Of a DNA stretch of 64,000 nt, positions 40,526 to 50,764 are shown in pieces; position 1 is the stretch's first letter, and each line of letters opens with the position of its first letter. The position numbers were made by a program, and so were the translations under genes. Below the pieces are notes generated by a model. It did not search any database, was not told where the DNA came from, and saw only the letters and a program-made list of their open reading frames with translations. The DNA lies in the NCBI GenBank assembly GCA_965243205.1, contig CBDEUK010000002.1, positions 1,600,001-1,664,000 of the forward strand, written 5' to 3'. The stretch comes from Gammaproteobacteria bacterium. Lineage in GTDB: Bacteria > Pseudomonadota > Gammaproteobacteria > Eutrophobiales > Eutrophobiaceae.

Positions 40526-40531
40526 ACTTAG

Positions 40532-41605
40532 TTAATAAAAATCAAACTCGAAACTCACCGCATTATCTTCGTAACCGCTTAACTCCATTACAAAATGAAC
40601 TGGTGAGTTAGCCGCCATACCTTGAGCAATGTTTATGTTTTCTTCCAAGTATTCTTTTGGCTTGAACCTTCGATAAGAAACCATTTCACCATTAGTATCA
40701 AATAAACTTAATTGGATATTAGGATAAGGCACGGTGGTTTCGCCTTGATTTTCCATGACTGCGTTAACTAATAAACTATCTTGATAGGCCGGGTGTAGTC
40801 GCACATCACGATTGATAATTTGTAGTTTTGAGAAATCTTTATTTCTGTAAACATTACATTTGAACTGTGCGCAAAGTTGATTGTAATAGCTAACAGTCTT
40901 TGGATGTTGCTGCATAATGTTATCGCGTTGAAACCAAACATATTGAGCAGCTAAACCAAGTAATAAAATAATCCCCAACAACCACCAAAATACATTGCTA
41001 GCAGTACTAGAAACTTCAAGTTCTTCATCTAATAAATCTACTGCATAATGGTTAGTATCAAAATTATCATCGATTATAGAATTATTATCATTGATGGTTG
41101 GTTCTATTGATAGGACCTCATCAAGCTCATCTTTATCAATTGATTCGGTTGATAGCTGCTGAATCAAACTATCTAGGTCATCATCTTTTTCCAAAGTTTT
41201 AACTAATTCTGGTTCAAACTCTTCTTGTTCTTGTTTTGAATCCGCCACTTTCAGAATTTCTGCTGCAGTGACCGAATCGATAACATTATCTTTTTCTGAA
41301 CGCTCGGGTTGTAAATTAACCGCAGTATCAACTTCTTCCGATACATCCTTAGCTGCTTCTTCCACGACAGGTTGAATTATATTTTCTTCTTCAATCTCTT
41401 GTTCTATGGAAGCCAACACTTCATCCATTGAAGGTTCAGTTTGTTGAATTTGCTCTTGCTCGGTTGGGTTGATGGAATCAGATAGGTTTTCTAAGGCATT
41501 GAATTGATTACCGCAATAACCACACATAACCTGGCCTTCCGCGGCATTTAATTGATCAGCACGGATACGAAATTGGCGATGGCATTCAGTACAAGTCGTA
41601 TACAT
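40532..41605 (-). CDS. Zinc-ribbon and DUF3426 domain protein
   Basis: CTEC..F..QL..A.G.V.CGYC..F, acidic linker, single TM, periplasmic domain; downstream of prmA. Confidence 0.88.
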   Translation of the reverse strand: MYTTCTECHRQFRIRADQLNAAEGQVMCGYCGNQFNALENLSDSINPTEQEQIQQTEPSMDEVLASIEQEIEEENIIQPVVEEAAKDVSEEVDTAVNLQPERSEKDNVIDSVTAAEILKVADSKQEQEEFEPELVKTLEKDDDLDSLIQQLSTESIDKDELDEVLSIEPTINDNNSIIDDNFDTNHYAVDLLDEELEVSSTASNVFWWLLGIILLLGLAAQYVWFQRDNIMQQHPKTVSYYNQLCAQFKCNVYRNKDFSKLQIINRDVRLHPAYQDSLLVNAVMENQGETTVPYPNIQLSLFDTNGEMVSYRRFKPKEYLEENINIAQGMAANSPVHFVMELSGYEDNAVSFEFDFY

Positions 41606-41618
41606 AGTCTATTCAATA

Positions 41619-42503
41619 TTATTTTCGAACACCGTCTATGAAAGCCCACTCTTGTTCAACGATAGGAGTATTCATATTAAACCACTGCTCATAAGACGCC
41701 AAACATTCATCTGTTTGAGTACCTAACAAACCTGATAAACCTATCAATCCATTAGCTTCAACTAAGCTAGCTAATTCTTCGCAAAGTTCTTTTAATGGAT
41801 TCAATAAAACATTTGCAACTAATACTGCACTTGCTGGAATTGGGGTTTCACTTGGTAATGTTGCGATTATTTTATCCGCAAGATTATTTTTTTCCGCATT
41901 GGCGTTTGTAGCTATGATCGCTTGAGGATCAATATCGATCGCATATACTTTTTCGGCACCTAAACGTACACAAGCCAATGCTAATATTCCTGAACCACAA
42001 CCAAAATCGATAACCGTTTTACCGTTTAAGTCGATGGACTCTAACCATTGTAAACATAAACGAGTCGTCGCATGCGTGCCAGTTCCAAACGCTAGGCCAG
42101 GGTCTAAAATAATTGGCGCGACAGCAGACTCAGGTGGTTGTAACCAACTCGGACAAATACAAATACTCTCACCAATCCATTGTAGAGAAACCGAGTTTTT
42201 ATAATCTTGTTCCCAATCTTTATCTTCAATCAATGAAATTGAACGGTTTTGAATCGCGTCAGTACCAATGCGTTCACGCATACAAACCAAAAGAATATCC
42301 ATATCAACATCGTCGGGCAGTAAACCTGAAACTTCTGTACTTTCCCATAAAACTTGTTCGTTAGCTTCATTTGGCTGACTAAAAATCTTCTCATCACTAA
42401 CACCAACAAAACTTACCGCTTGAGCACCAAAGAGCTCCAGAAACTCGGCGAGTTCTTCAGCTCTTTTAGCATTGGTAGTAATAGATAATTTAAGCCAAGC
42501 CAT
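41619..42503 (-). CDS. prmA: Ribosomal protein L11 methyltransferase
   Basis: LDPGLAFGTGTHATT, DFGCGSGILA, DIDPQA, LSG. Confidence 0.95.
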   Translation of the reverse strand: MAWLKLSITTNAKRAEELAEFLELFGAQAVSFVGVSDEKIFSQPNEANEQVLWESTEVSGLLPDDVDMDILLVCMRERIGTDAIQNRSISLIEDKDWEQDYKNSVSLQWIGESICICPSWLQPPESAVAPIILDPGLAFGTGTHATTRLCLQWLESIDLNGKTVIDFGCGSGILALACVRLGAEKVYAIDIDPQAIIATNANAEKNNLADKIIATLPSETPIPASAVLVANVLLNPLKELCEELASLVEANGLIGLSGLLGTQTDECLASYEQWFNMNTPIVEQEWAFIDGVRK

Positions 42504-42545
42504 GGCTAAATAATAAAGCCTTTCGCGATAGCAACGAACAAATTG

Positions 42546-43889
42546 TTATTTGATACCTAATTTATTTTCTAGGTAATGAATATCGGTTCCACCTGCACGA
42601 AACGCGGAATCATCAATAATTTTTTGTTGTAACGGAATATTCGTCTTAATACCATTGATCACAATTTCCGTTAAAGCAGTATCCATTCTTGCCAATGCCA
42701 AATCACGATTCTCAGCATGAACAATTAACTTTCCAATCATTGAGTCATAATGGGGTGGCACTTTATAACTATCGTAAATATGTGTTTCAACTCTTACGCC
42801 TGGGCCGCCTGGTGCATGATAATGCTCAATGGTTCCTGGGCATGGCATAAAGGTTTCTGGATCTTCAGCATTAAGGCGGCATTCGATTGCATGGCCATTA
42901 ATTTTGATATCGTCTTGAGTAAAAGAAAGTTTTTCTCCATCAGCGATTCGTAATTGTTCTTTTACTATATCAACACCTGTAATCATCTCAGTCACTGGGT
43001 GCTCAACTTGTACGCGAGTGTTCATTTCAATAAAGAAAAACTCACCATTTTCATATAAGAACTCAAACGTTCCTGCACCTCGATAACCAATCGCTCGACA
43101 TGCACTAACACATCGTTGACCGATCTCTTGTCTTAGTTCTTCGGTAATACCAGGAGCTGGTGCTTCTTCGATCACTTTTTGATGACGACGTTGCATGGAG
43201 CAATCACGTTCGCCTAAATGGATCACATTACCGTGTTCATCTGCCAATACTTGAATTTCAACATGTCGTGGATGCTCTAAAAACTTTTCCATGTAAACAT
43301 CTGGATTGTTAAAAGCCGTACCCGCTTCATTACGCGTTAAGGTAACAGCATTCTTTAACGCCGCTTCACTGTGAACAACACGCATACCTCGACCGCCACC
43401 ACCGCCCGTTGCCTTGATGATAACGGGATAACCAATCTCACGTGCTAAAGGAATATATTTATCTGGATCATCTTCTAAAATACCGTCAGAACCTGGTAAA
43501 CAAGGTATGCCAGCTTTTTTCATTGCTGCAATGGCAGAAACTTTATCACCCATCACTCGGATAGTGTCAGCTTTAGGTCCAATAAAAATAAACCCACTTT
43601 GCTCAGTGCGTTCTGCGAAATCTGCATTCTCTGATAAGAAGCCGTAGCCAGGATGAATGGCAACAGCATCGGTTACTTCAGCCGCGCTAATAACTGCAGG
43701 AATATTCAAATAGCTATCAATACTTGCAGCAGGCCCAATACAAACGGATTCATCTGCAAGGAATACATGTTTTTGTTCTCTATCCGCTTCAGAATAGACA
43801 GCAACAGTTTTAATACCTAATTCGCGGCAAGCCCTAAGTATTCTAAGAGCGATTTCTCCACGATTAGCAATGACGACTTTATCCAACAT
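42546..43889 (-). CDS. accC: Acetyl-CoA carboxylase, biotin carboxylase
   Basis: [46 protein letters not shown]. Confidence 0.97.
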   Translation of the reverse strand: MLDKVVIANRGEIALRILRACRELGIKTVAVYSEADREQKHVFLADESVCIGPAASIDSYLNIPAVISAAEVTDAVAIHPGYGFLSENADFAERTEQSGFIFIGPKADTIRVMGDKVSAIAAMKKAGIPCLPGSDGILEDDPDKYIPLAREIGYPVIIKATGGGGGRGMRVVHSEAALKNAVTLTRNEAGTAFNNPDVYMEKFLEHPRHVEIQVLADEHGNVIHLGERDCSMQRRHQKVIEEAPAPGITEELRQEIGQRCVSACRAIGYRGAGTFEFLYENGEFFFIEMNTRVQVEHPVTEMITGVDIVKEQLRIADGEKLSFTQDDIKINGHAIECRLNAEDPETFMPCPGTIEHYHAPGGPGVRVETHIYDSYKVPPHYDSMIGKLIVHAENRDLALARMDTALTEIVINGIKTNIPLQQKIIDDSAFRAGGTDIHYLENKLGIK

Positions 43890-43926
43890 AACGATTTATT
43901 CTTAAGTATGATTGATGAATAGATGA

Positions 43927-44385
43927 TTAACGAATGGTAAACAATACTTGCCCGTATTCTACTGGCTCACCGTTATCAACGTGGATCTTAACGATTTCAC
44001 CGTCGGCATCCGCTTCGATCTGATTCATGATTTTCATCGCTTCAATCACGCACAACACATCACCTTTCTTAACTTTTTGGCCAATACTTGCATAAGAAGG
44101 TTCGCCTGGAGCAGGTGAGGTATAAAAAATCCCGACCATCGGTGCTTTAACTTGATGCCCAGTCTCAGCAGGTTCAGAAGGCGCAGCAATTTCAACCGGC
44201 GCAGCAGGAGCTGCAGCCGGCATATAAGTCGCAGCCGCTTCTGGAACTTGTACGACTGTTTGGCTATTTGCAGGATTAATCTGGCGGCTAATACGTACAG
44301 ATTCTTCGCCTTCACAAACTTCTATTTCAGTTACGCCAGACTCTTCTAGCAATTCAATCAGTTTTTTTACCTTGCGGATATCCAT
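43927..44385 (-). CDS. accB: Biotin carboxyl carrier protein
   Basis: MDIRKVKKLIELLEES, Ala/Pro linker, EAMK biotinylation motif. Confidence 0.97.
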   Translation of the reverse strand: MDIRKVKKLIELLEESGVTEIEVCEGEESVRISRQINPANSQTVVQVPEAAATYMPAAAPAAPVEIAAPSEPAETGHQVKAPMVGIFYTSPAPGEPSYASIGQKVKKGDVLCVIEAMKIMNQIEADADGEIVKIHVDNGEPVEYGQVLFTIR

Positions 44386-44409
44386 CTAGATACTCTCTTA
44401 TAGTAATTA

Positions 44410-44847
44410 TTAATTTAATTTGGTCTCTGCAGCCATCAAAGCCAACTCATAGCCTTTGGCTCCCATGCCACTAATAATGCCTACGGCAATGTCAGATAAA
44501 TAAGAATGTTTTCGAAACTCTTCTCGTGCGTAAACATTCGACAGATGAACTTCAATAAAAGGCAGTTGAACGCCTAAAAAAGCATCCCTGATAGCAATAC
44601 TGGTATGGGTAAATGCACCAGGATTTATGATGATGAAATCAACTTCAGATTTTTTTGCTAAATGTATTCGATCAATGATTTCAGATTCAGAGTTACTCTG
44701 AAAACACTGCAACTCATGGCCTGCTTTAGCAGCAGCCTGCTGGATTTGTTCATCAATTTCGACAAGCGTTGTATAACCGTAGACTTCTGGTTCTCTTTCG
44801 CCGAGTAAATTAAGATTGGGGCCATTTAAGACTAAGAATTTTGCCAT
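44410..44847 (-). CDS. aroQ: Type II 3-dehydroquinate dehydratase
   Basis: [33 protein letters not shown]; start reset to ATG 44847. Confidence 0.96.
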   Translation of the reverse strand: MAKFLVLNGPNLNLLGEREPEVYGYTTLVEIDEQIQQAAAKAGHELQCFQSNSESEIIDRIHLAKKSEVDFIIINPGAFTHTSIAIRDAFLGVQLPFIEVHLSNVYAREEFRKHSYLSDIAVGIISGMGAKGYELALMAAETKLN

Positions 44848-44933
44848 GGTTCCCCCCAATTATTGTTATAGTTTCGTGTGATTTCGGGAATCTTAGCAGA
44901 ACTTATTCGCAAGTTCGAGGCATTTCTATGATT

Positions 44934-45494
44934 TTAGAGTAAAGAATCAATGACCTTTCGTGCAGTTTCTGTATCCAGAGGGCCACGCTTAGTGAATTCT
45001 ATCTTGCCTGAAGGACTGATAATAACGCTGTACGGTAACGCACCTGCAACATTACCATAAGCTTTGGCGACTTTCACGACATCTTGTTGTCCTACCAAGC
45101 TTGGATAATTCATACCATGCTCATCGTAGAATGGTTGAACTTCTTCGGCAGTTTGTAAAGCAACGCCCAAAAACTGCACACCTTTCTCAGCATACTCTTC
45201 TTGCAAATGGATAAACTCAGGGATTTCTTCACGGCATGGTGGACACCAAGTCGCCCAAAAATTAATGATAAGGATCTTACCATCCCATTCTTCTATTGAA
45301 CGCTGCTTACCGATGAGATCAGCTAAAGTAAAATCTGGTCTTTGTTGACCAATGATAGTTTCATGATCAAATCCAACTTGCTGCTGATTGCTTGGAGCTT
45401 GAGGGGAAAGATATTGTGATGTTTGAAAACCTGCAAACATTGAAAAAACAACTACACATAACCAAAAAATGGTCGAAGATAGTTTACTACTCAT
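44934..45494 (-). CDS. TlpA-family membrane-anchored thioredoxin
   Basis: N-terminal TM, NFWATWCPPCREEIP, LP. Confidence 0.92.
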   Translation of the reverse strand: MSSKLSSTIFWLCVVVFSMFAGFQTSQYLSPQAPSNQQQVGFDHETIIGQQRPDFTLADLIGKQRSIEEWDGKILIINFWATWCPPCREEIPEFIHLQEEYAEKGVQFLGVALQTAEEVQPFYDEHGMNYPSLVGQQDVVKVAKAYGNVAGALPYSVIISPSGKIEFTKRGPLDTETARKVIDSLL

Positions 45495-47341
45495 AAAGCG
45501 GTTGCTTGTTCTATATGTGAAATAAAATCATCTGCTTTAATAAAACCAACTAAGCGATAACCTATTAATTCTTGTTTTGATTGATCAAAAAATAATACGG
45601 CAGGTGGACCGAATAAATTAAATTTATTCAACAACGCTTTATCAATGTCATCATTTGCTGTTACATCGGCCTTTAATAGCACCATATCCGTTAAGCTTGC
45701 TTGTACTTGAGGATCGCTAAATGTATAAGCTTCCAACTCTTTACAAACAACACACCAATCCGCGTAAAAATCTAACATGATGAACTTACCTTGCGATTTC
45801 GCTGCTGCAAGTTCTTGTTCAAGATCCTCAACACTTTTTATCGGTTTAAAATCAAGTTTAGAAACAACGTTGTTAGTATTATTTGTAATGCTTGTTGTTT
45901 GAAATGGATGAAGTGGATTACTACCACCTAGAGTTGATGCCACTACTAACATCAAACCATAGACTAACAAAACAATACCTAAGCCCTTCCATAACCGAGA
46001 CCATTTTTTTATCGGCTCGATTTGATCTAATGCTCCCATAAAAATCGCAGAGACGATGAGTAAAGCAGCCCATAGCATTAATGTAATTTGGCCGGGTAAT
46101 ACTCGTTCTAAAAACCAAATCGCGACAGCAAGCATTAATACACCAAAAATAGCTTTTATGGTTTCCATCCAAGAACCTGCTTTTGGTAACAATTTTCCTG
46201 CAGAAGTTCCAATGATTAATAACGGCACACCAAAACCTAATCCCATAGCAAACAACGCTAGGCCACCTAAGATCGCATCACCCGTTTGACTAATATATAG
46301 CAATGCTCCTGCTAAGGGAGGCGCTACACATGGCCCAACAATAATAGCAGATAACACCCCCATGATAGCTGTTCCATGCAAAGATCCTGTTTGTTGATTA
46401 TCCGATAATTGATTCAAACGTGTTTGCAATCCACTTGGTAACTGCAACTCATAAAAACCAAACATAGATAGAGCTAATAATACAAAGACAAAACTGAAAC
46501 CGACTATTACCCAAATATTTTGTGAAGCTGCTTGTAAATTAAATTGGAATGAACCTGCTAATAAACCAAGTAAAGCATAGGTTAATGCCATTGCAATTAT
46601 ATACGTTAACGATAAAACAAAAGCTCTTTGAGTAGTTATTTCATTTGATTGACCAACGATAATCCCAGATAAAATGGGAATCATTGGAAACACACAAGGT
46701 GTTAGTGACAACAATAAGCCAAAACCAAAAAATAAAAAGATATTTGCGATAAAACTACCATTCGCAAGATTACTTAAAATAATATCTTGCTCGGATACCT
46801 TTACTGTAGCTTGTGAATTGGAACTACTAGTTTGTTCAACATTAGGTAATTCGTCGACGGTTTGGAATACGACATCAACTAGTTTCTCCTGAGGGGGATA
46901 ACAAACTGAATCTTCTTTACAACCTTGATACTTTACTAAGATCTGACCAGTAAACTGTGTAACAACCTTACGAATTAATGGCACAGTGAATTCAGTATCG
47001 CCAACATTCACGTTAACCAGACCAAACTCTGGATCGTTTTTCTCTTTTCCTTTTGGTAATTGATACGAGCCGATTTCTAATTCTGGGATTTGTGATTCAA
47101 CAGCAAATCGATTTTGATAAAGATAATAACCGTCTTCAATTCGCCAATTCAGAGTCAATTCGTTTTCATCACTTATTTCATTCGTAAAAGCAAACGCTAT
47201 TTCAGGATCCAAAATTTCATCAGAAGGCGTGCCAATATTATTGATTGCATTGTTTATACGATCACTAATTGAGATTGCCATAACCGAATGGCAAATCGAG
47301 AACATGATGAAACCATAAAATATTCGTAAATTCTTTTTCAT
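45491..47341 (-). CDS. dsbD: Thiol:disulfide interchange protein DsbD
   Basis: YQGC...VCYPP, LTPCVFPMIP, GPCVAPPL, DFYADWCVVCK. Confidence 0.95.
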   Translation of the reverse strand: MKKNLRIFYGFIMFSICHSVMAISISDRINNAINNIGTPSDEILDPEIAFAFTNEISDENELTLNWRIEDGYYLYQNRFAVESQIPELEIGSYQLPKGKEKNDPEFGLVNVNVGDTEFTVPLIRKVVTQFTGQILVKYQGCKEDSVCYPPQEKLVDVVFQTVDELPNVEQTSSSNSQATVKVSEQDIILSNLANGSFIANIFLFFGFGLLLSLTPCVFPMIPILSGIIVGQSNEITTQRAFVLSLTYIIAMALTYALLGLLAGSFQFNLQAASQNIWVIVGFSFVFVLLALSMFGFYELQLPSGLQTRLNQLSDNQQTGSLHGTAIMGVLSAIIVGPCVAPPLAGALLYISQTGDAILGGLALFAMGLGFGVPLLIIGTSAGKLLPKAGSWMETIKAIFGVLMLAVAIWFLERVLPGQITLMLWAALLIVSAIFMGALDQIEPIKKWSRLWKGLGIVLLVYGLMLVVASTLGGSNPLHPFQTTSITNNTNNVVSKLDFKPIKSVEDLEQELAAAKSQGKFIMLDFYADWCVVCKELEAYTFSDPQVQASLTDMVLLKADVTANDDIDKALLNKFNLFGPPAVLFFDQSKQELIGYRLVGFIKADDFISHIEQATAL

Positions 47342-47664
47342 TTAAGATTTTCCGACAACCAATTTAGATACTCTTTTGATCCAGATTCGATAGGGACTGT
47401 GATTATCTCAGGAAGTTCGTATGGATGTAATTCTTTTAATCTTATTTCAATGTCTTCACAATGTTGTTTGCTGGTTTTTATGAATAATAATAACTCAGAA
47501 TCGATTTCTATTGCTTGTTTCCATTGATAAACCGATTTACCACTATCAATGATATTCACACATGCCGCTAACTGCTCAGCAACCAAAGACTTCGCTATGT
47601 TTTCAGCAGCATCACTATCATTGCAAGTGGTTATTAATAAACAGTATTTATCGTTTAATTCCAT
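47338..47664 (-). CDS. cutA: Divalent-cation tolerance protein CutA
   Basis: LAACVNI, SVYQW, E..LFIKT, HPYELPEII; upstream of dsbD. Confidence 0.94.
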   Translation of the reverse strand: MELNDKYCLLITTCNDSDAAENIAKSLVAEQLAACVNIIDSGKSVYQWKQAIEIDSELLLFIKTSKQHCEDIEIRLKELHPYELPEIITVPIESGSKEYLNWLSENLK

Positions 47665-47754
47665 CAAAGATAATAATTCAGGTGTTAATTAAAAATAGTA
47701 TCGTTAAAATATTACAGCGTAATGATTCATTCACAAGACCTTGAGGCCTTTTTC

Positions 47755-48207
47755 TTGTTCCGTTTTTTGTTTTTATTATTTGTCATCATCCCGATCATTG
47801 AGATTTATCTACTGATCGAAGTCGGCAGTCGTATCGGCACTATTAATACTATCCTTGTCATCATATTAACCGCCGCACTTGGAACGATCATGCTGCGTTA
47901 TCAAGGCTTAAGTACCATCGCCAGAGTACAAAACTCTATGCAAAGCGGCAAACTGCCTGCCAGCGGTTTAATCGAAGGTTTAATGCTGCTTGTTTCAGGC
48001 GCATTACTGCTTACTCCAGGCTTTTTTACTGATGCTATTGGCTTTCTATGCTTAATACCTGCGGTACGTATTCCTGTTGCAGAATATATTTTACAAAAAG
48101 CCATTCAATCTCGTATGCACTCTAAGCGAGATCACCAAGGCGATACCATCATTGATGGTGAATACTGGGAAGACGATGATTCCGAAAAAGATAAATTACC
48201 CAAATAA
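47755..48207 (+). CDS. fxsA: FxsA family membrane protein
   Basis: PIIEIYLLIEVG, LLLTPGFFTDAIG, IIDGEY; start reset to TTG 47755 with GAGG SD. Confidence 0.92.
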   Translation: MFRFLFLLFVIIPIIEIYLLIEVGSRIGTINTILVIILTAALGTIMLRYQGLSTIARVQNSMQSGKLPASGLIEGLMLLVSGALLLTPGFFTDAIGFLCLIPAVRIPVAEYILQKAIQSRMHSKRDHQGDTIIDGEYWEDDDSEKDKLPK

Positions 48208-48229
48208 ACTTAAGCAGATTTCTAAACAA

Positions 48230-48502
48230 TCAATCGCCTTCATATAAGTTAGGCTTCAATGGATCAGGTGGCATTTGTAAATGATAACCCTGCTCTTGCA
48301 AATTTTTAATAACTTGCTCAACATCTTCCCGTGCCAACTTTCTTTCTGGACTAAGTTCTAACCCCATAACCAATGTTAAATCTTTAACAAGAGAGAGTAA
48401 TTCAGTAGGTAAAGACTCTGGTTCTAAATCCTCTCTTATATAAACGTACATTTCATCCTGTCGTGAAGCACGATACACTTGGCAATTCATTGTTGTAGTC
48501 AT
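48230..48502 (-). CDS. ycgL: YcgL domain protein
   Basis: CQVYR...EMYVY, LP.EL, RKLARED, QGYHLQMPP; start may be ATG 48490. Confidence 0.9.
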   Translation of the reverse strand: MTTTMNCQVYRASRQDEMYVYIREDLEPESLPTELLSLVKDLTLVMGLELSPERKLAREDVEQVIKNLQEQGYHLQMPPDPLKPNLYEGD

Positions 48503-48518
48503 TGAGCTTGTATAATTT

Positions 48519-49037
48519 ATGAATAAAGAATATTTTTGTCCGGCTTGTGGAAACCGCAGTTTTGAACCTTATCAAATAAAAGCATTTAAATGCAATCAAT
48601 GTGGGTTTCTATATTATCATAATGTTGCAGCGACCAGTTCCGCGGTTATTTCTGTTGATAATGACATATTATTAGTCACTCGAGCTCGTGATCCTCAGAA
48701 AGGTCAACTAGACCTTCCAGGTGGATTTGTTGAAGAGTTTGAAACGGCTGAACAAGCTATGATTCGTGAAGTCAAAGAAGAACTGGGAATAGAACTTGAA
48801 CAATATGGCCAATATGTATGTAGCGCTACTAATCGTTATCTTTATGCAGATGTTATGTATAACACCCTGGATATGTTCTATCATATTGAACTAGAGACTA
48901 AACCTAAAGTTACTGTAGATGATGATGTAGCTGATTATGGTTGGTTCAATATAAATTCGATTCCTTATGAACAAGTGGCTTTTAACTCTATTAAACAGGC
49001 TATCATGACATATCATGAATCGATTACTGAAAAATAA
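48519..49037 (+). CDS. NUDIX hydrolase with N-terminal zinc ribbon
   Basis: FCPACG..CNQCG, Nudix box GGFVEEFETAEQAMIREVKEELG. Confidence 0.9.
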   Translation: MNKEYFCPACGNRSFEPYQIKAFKCNQCGFLYYHNVAATSSAVISVDNDILLVTRARDPQKGQLDLPGGFVEEFETAEQAMIREVKEELGIELEQYGQYVCSATNRYLYADVMYNTLDMFYHIELETKPKVTVDDDVADYGWFNINSIPYEQVAFNSIKQAIMTYHESITEK

Positions 49038-49554
49038 TATTATATTTATTTTTGTTGTTTTTATAATTTGTAATTGTAGTCAAACTAAAATAGAACCCTC
49101 ACAACAACCTTCCAAACCGACAAATAATCCCAACGAATCTGACACTACATTTGCTAAAAGGCTAGAACAAGTAAAGCCAGTCACCGTAAAAGATAAACTC
49201 ATGACCCTTTACAATGAATGGAACGGTGTGCCTTATCGTTATGGTGGCAGTGATAAATCAGGTATTGATTGTTCTGGCTTCGCACAACTAACGTATAAAA
49301 AGATATTCTCTGTAAATATCCCTAGAACAACATTAACTCAGTCATCCATCGGTAAAAAAATTTCACGCACTCAATTAAAACAAGGTGATTTGGTTTTTTT
49401 TAAACGCGGCAGAAGCTTTCGTCATGTTGGTATTTATTTAGAAAATGGTTATTTTATGCATGCATCAACAAGTCGAGGAGTCACTATATCCAAATTAGAT
49501 AGTGATTATTGGAAAAAAATGTTTTGGAAAGCTAAAAGAATCATTGATGAATAA
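49015..49554 (+). CDS. NlpC/P60 cell-wall endopeptidase, probable lipoprotein
   Basis: Hydrophobic signal with Cys, GVPYRYGG, DCSG, GDLVFF, HVGIY, HAS. Confidence 0.92.
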   Translation: MNRLLKNNIIFIFVVFIICNCSQTKIEPSQQPSKPTNNPNESDTTFAKRLEQVKPVTVKDKLMTLYNEWNGVPYRYGGSDKSGIDCSGFAQLTYKKIFSVNIPRTTLTQSSIGKKISRTQLKQGDLVFFKRGRSFRHVGIYLENGYFMHASTSRGVTISKLDSDYWKKMFWKAKRIIDE

Positions 49555-50263
49555 TACTGATATTCAAACAATCTCTTTATTACAACTAATGATAGGGTTT
49601 ATTCCAGTCCTTATAGTAATAACAATATTTTGGTTTTGGCAACTCAATTACAACAAAGCCATTTATTCAATTGTAAGAATGCTGATTCAACTATTATTAA
49701 TCGGCTATGTTTTGATGTTTGTATTTAATCAAAATTCAAGCTGGCTAGTATTATTCATTTTAGGATTAATGATTATTGCTTCAAGCTGGATTGCTTTAAA
49801 TACTAGTAATAATAAAAACATCTGTTCATTTCGGATTGCACTTATTTCAATCCTTATCGGCGGTGGTTTGTGTTTTTTATTAATTGTATTTTTAATTTTA
49901 GATCTGCAACCATGGTTTAAACCCAATTATGTGATCCCATTGGCCGGGATGATCTTTGCGAATTCTATGACCAGCATTAGTATCGCCATTGAACGTTTGG
50001 AATCTGAACTTAATAACAAAGTAAGTTTTACAACGGCTCGTCATTCCGCCTATCAAGCTTCAATGATTCCGGTAATCAATTCTTTATTTGCCGTTGGTTT
50101 GGTTTCTTTACCAGGCATGATGACAGGACAAATTTTATCAGGCGTTTCTCCATTCATAGCAGCACGCTACCAAATAATGATCATGTGCATGATCTTTGGA
50201 TCAGCTGGTATATCCACTGCATGTTTTCTTTTTTTATATAAAAAACAAATAGATATAAAATAA
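49547..50263 (+). CDS. UPF0014 (FetB/YbbM-like) ABC-type permease
   Basis: RM.IQLLLIGYVL, IPLAGMIFANSM, VGLVSLPGMMTGQILSG, YQI; start reset to ATG 49547. Confidence 0.9.
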   Translation: MNNTDIQTISLLQLMIGFIPVLIVITIFWFWQLNYNKAIYSIVRMLIQLLLIGYVLMFVFNQNSSWLVLFILGLMIIASSWIALNTSNNKNICSFRIALISILIGGGLCFLLIVFLILDLQPWFKPNYVIPLAGMIFANSMTSISIAIERLESELNNKVSFTTARHSAYQASMIPVINSLFAVGLVSLPGMMTGQILSGVSPFIAARYQIMIMCMIFGSAGISTACFLFLYKKQIDIK

Positions 50264-50318
50264 TATTTGAACTTATAAAAAGATCTCACGTCTTACAACT
50301 GTTCATGTCATCATATGT

Positions 50319-50336
50319 ATGTCAGTGACGTGACAT
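50319..50336. promoter_or_regulatory. Palindromic putative regulator site, CRP/FNR-family geometry
   Basis: ATGTCA-GTGACG-TGACAT, 73 nt upstream of the 50410 ATG. Confidence 0.4.
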
Positions 50337-50409
50337 TATCAATAATAACGTTGTTTATAAAACAACGACCTCAACTAACTACATTCATAACTAACATAGG
50401 GGAAGCATT

Positions 50410-50694
50410 ATGGAAAGCTTATTACCATTAATCATTCAACTTATCAGTGGTGCAGTAGGTGGTAACGTAGCAGGTTCATTATTCAAAAATTTATCTTTAG
50501 GCACAGCCGGTAACTCCATTGCAGGTATCTTAGGTGGTGGTATTGGAGGACAGTTGCTATCCATGCTAGGAATCATGACTTCTAGTGGTGGAATGGATGT
50601 CGCAAGTATTGTTGGTAGCCTAGCCAGTGGTGGTGTCGGTGGCGGCGTATTAATGGCTATCATCGGTTTAATAAAATCAATGTTAGCTAAATAA
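50410..50694 (+). CDS. Small glycine-rich membrane protein (glycine-zipper-like helices)
   Basis: Repeated GxxxG (SGAVGGNVAG, AGILGGGIGG, SGGVGGGVL); SD AGGGGA; own terminator. Confidence 0.82.
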   Translation: MESLLPLIIQLISGAVGGNVAGSLFKNLSLGTAGNSIAGILGGGIGGQLLSMLGIMTSSGGMDVASIVGSLASGGVGGGVLMAIIGLIKSMLAK

Positions 50695-50711
50695 CTTTAC
50701 ACAGCTCCAAT

Positions 50712-50743
50712 AAAAAAGCCCTGTAATACACAGGGCTTTTTTT
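50712..50743. terminator. Bidirectional intrinsic terminator
   Basis: AAAAAAGCCCTGT-AATAC-ACAGGGCTTTTTTT between convergent genes. Confidence 0.9.
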
Positions 50744-50764
50744 ATATAACATATATATAAATGT

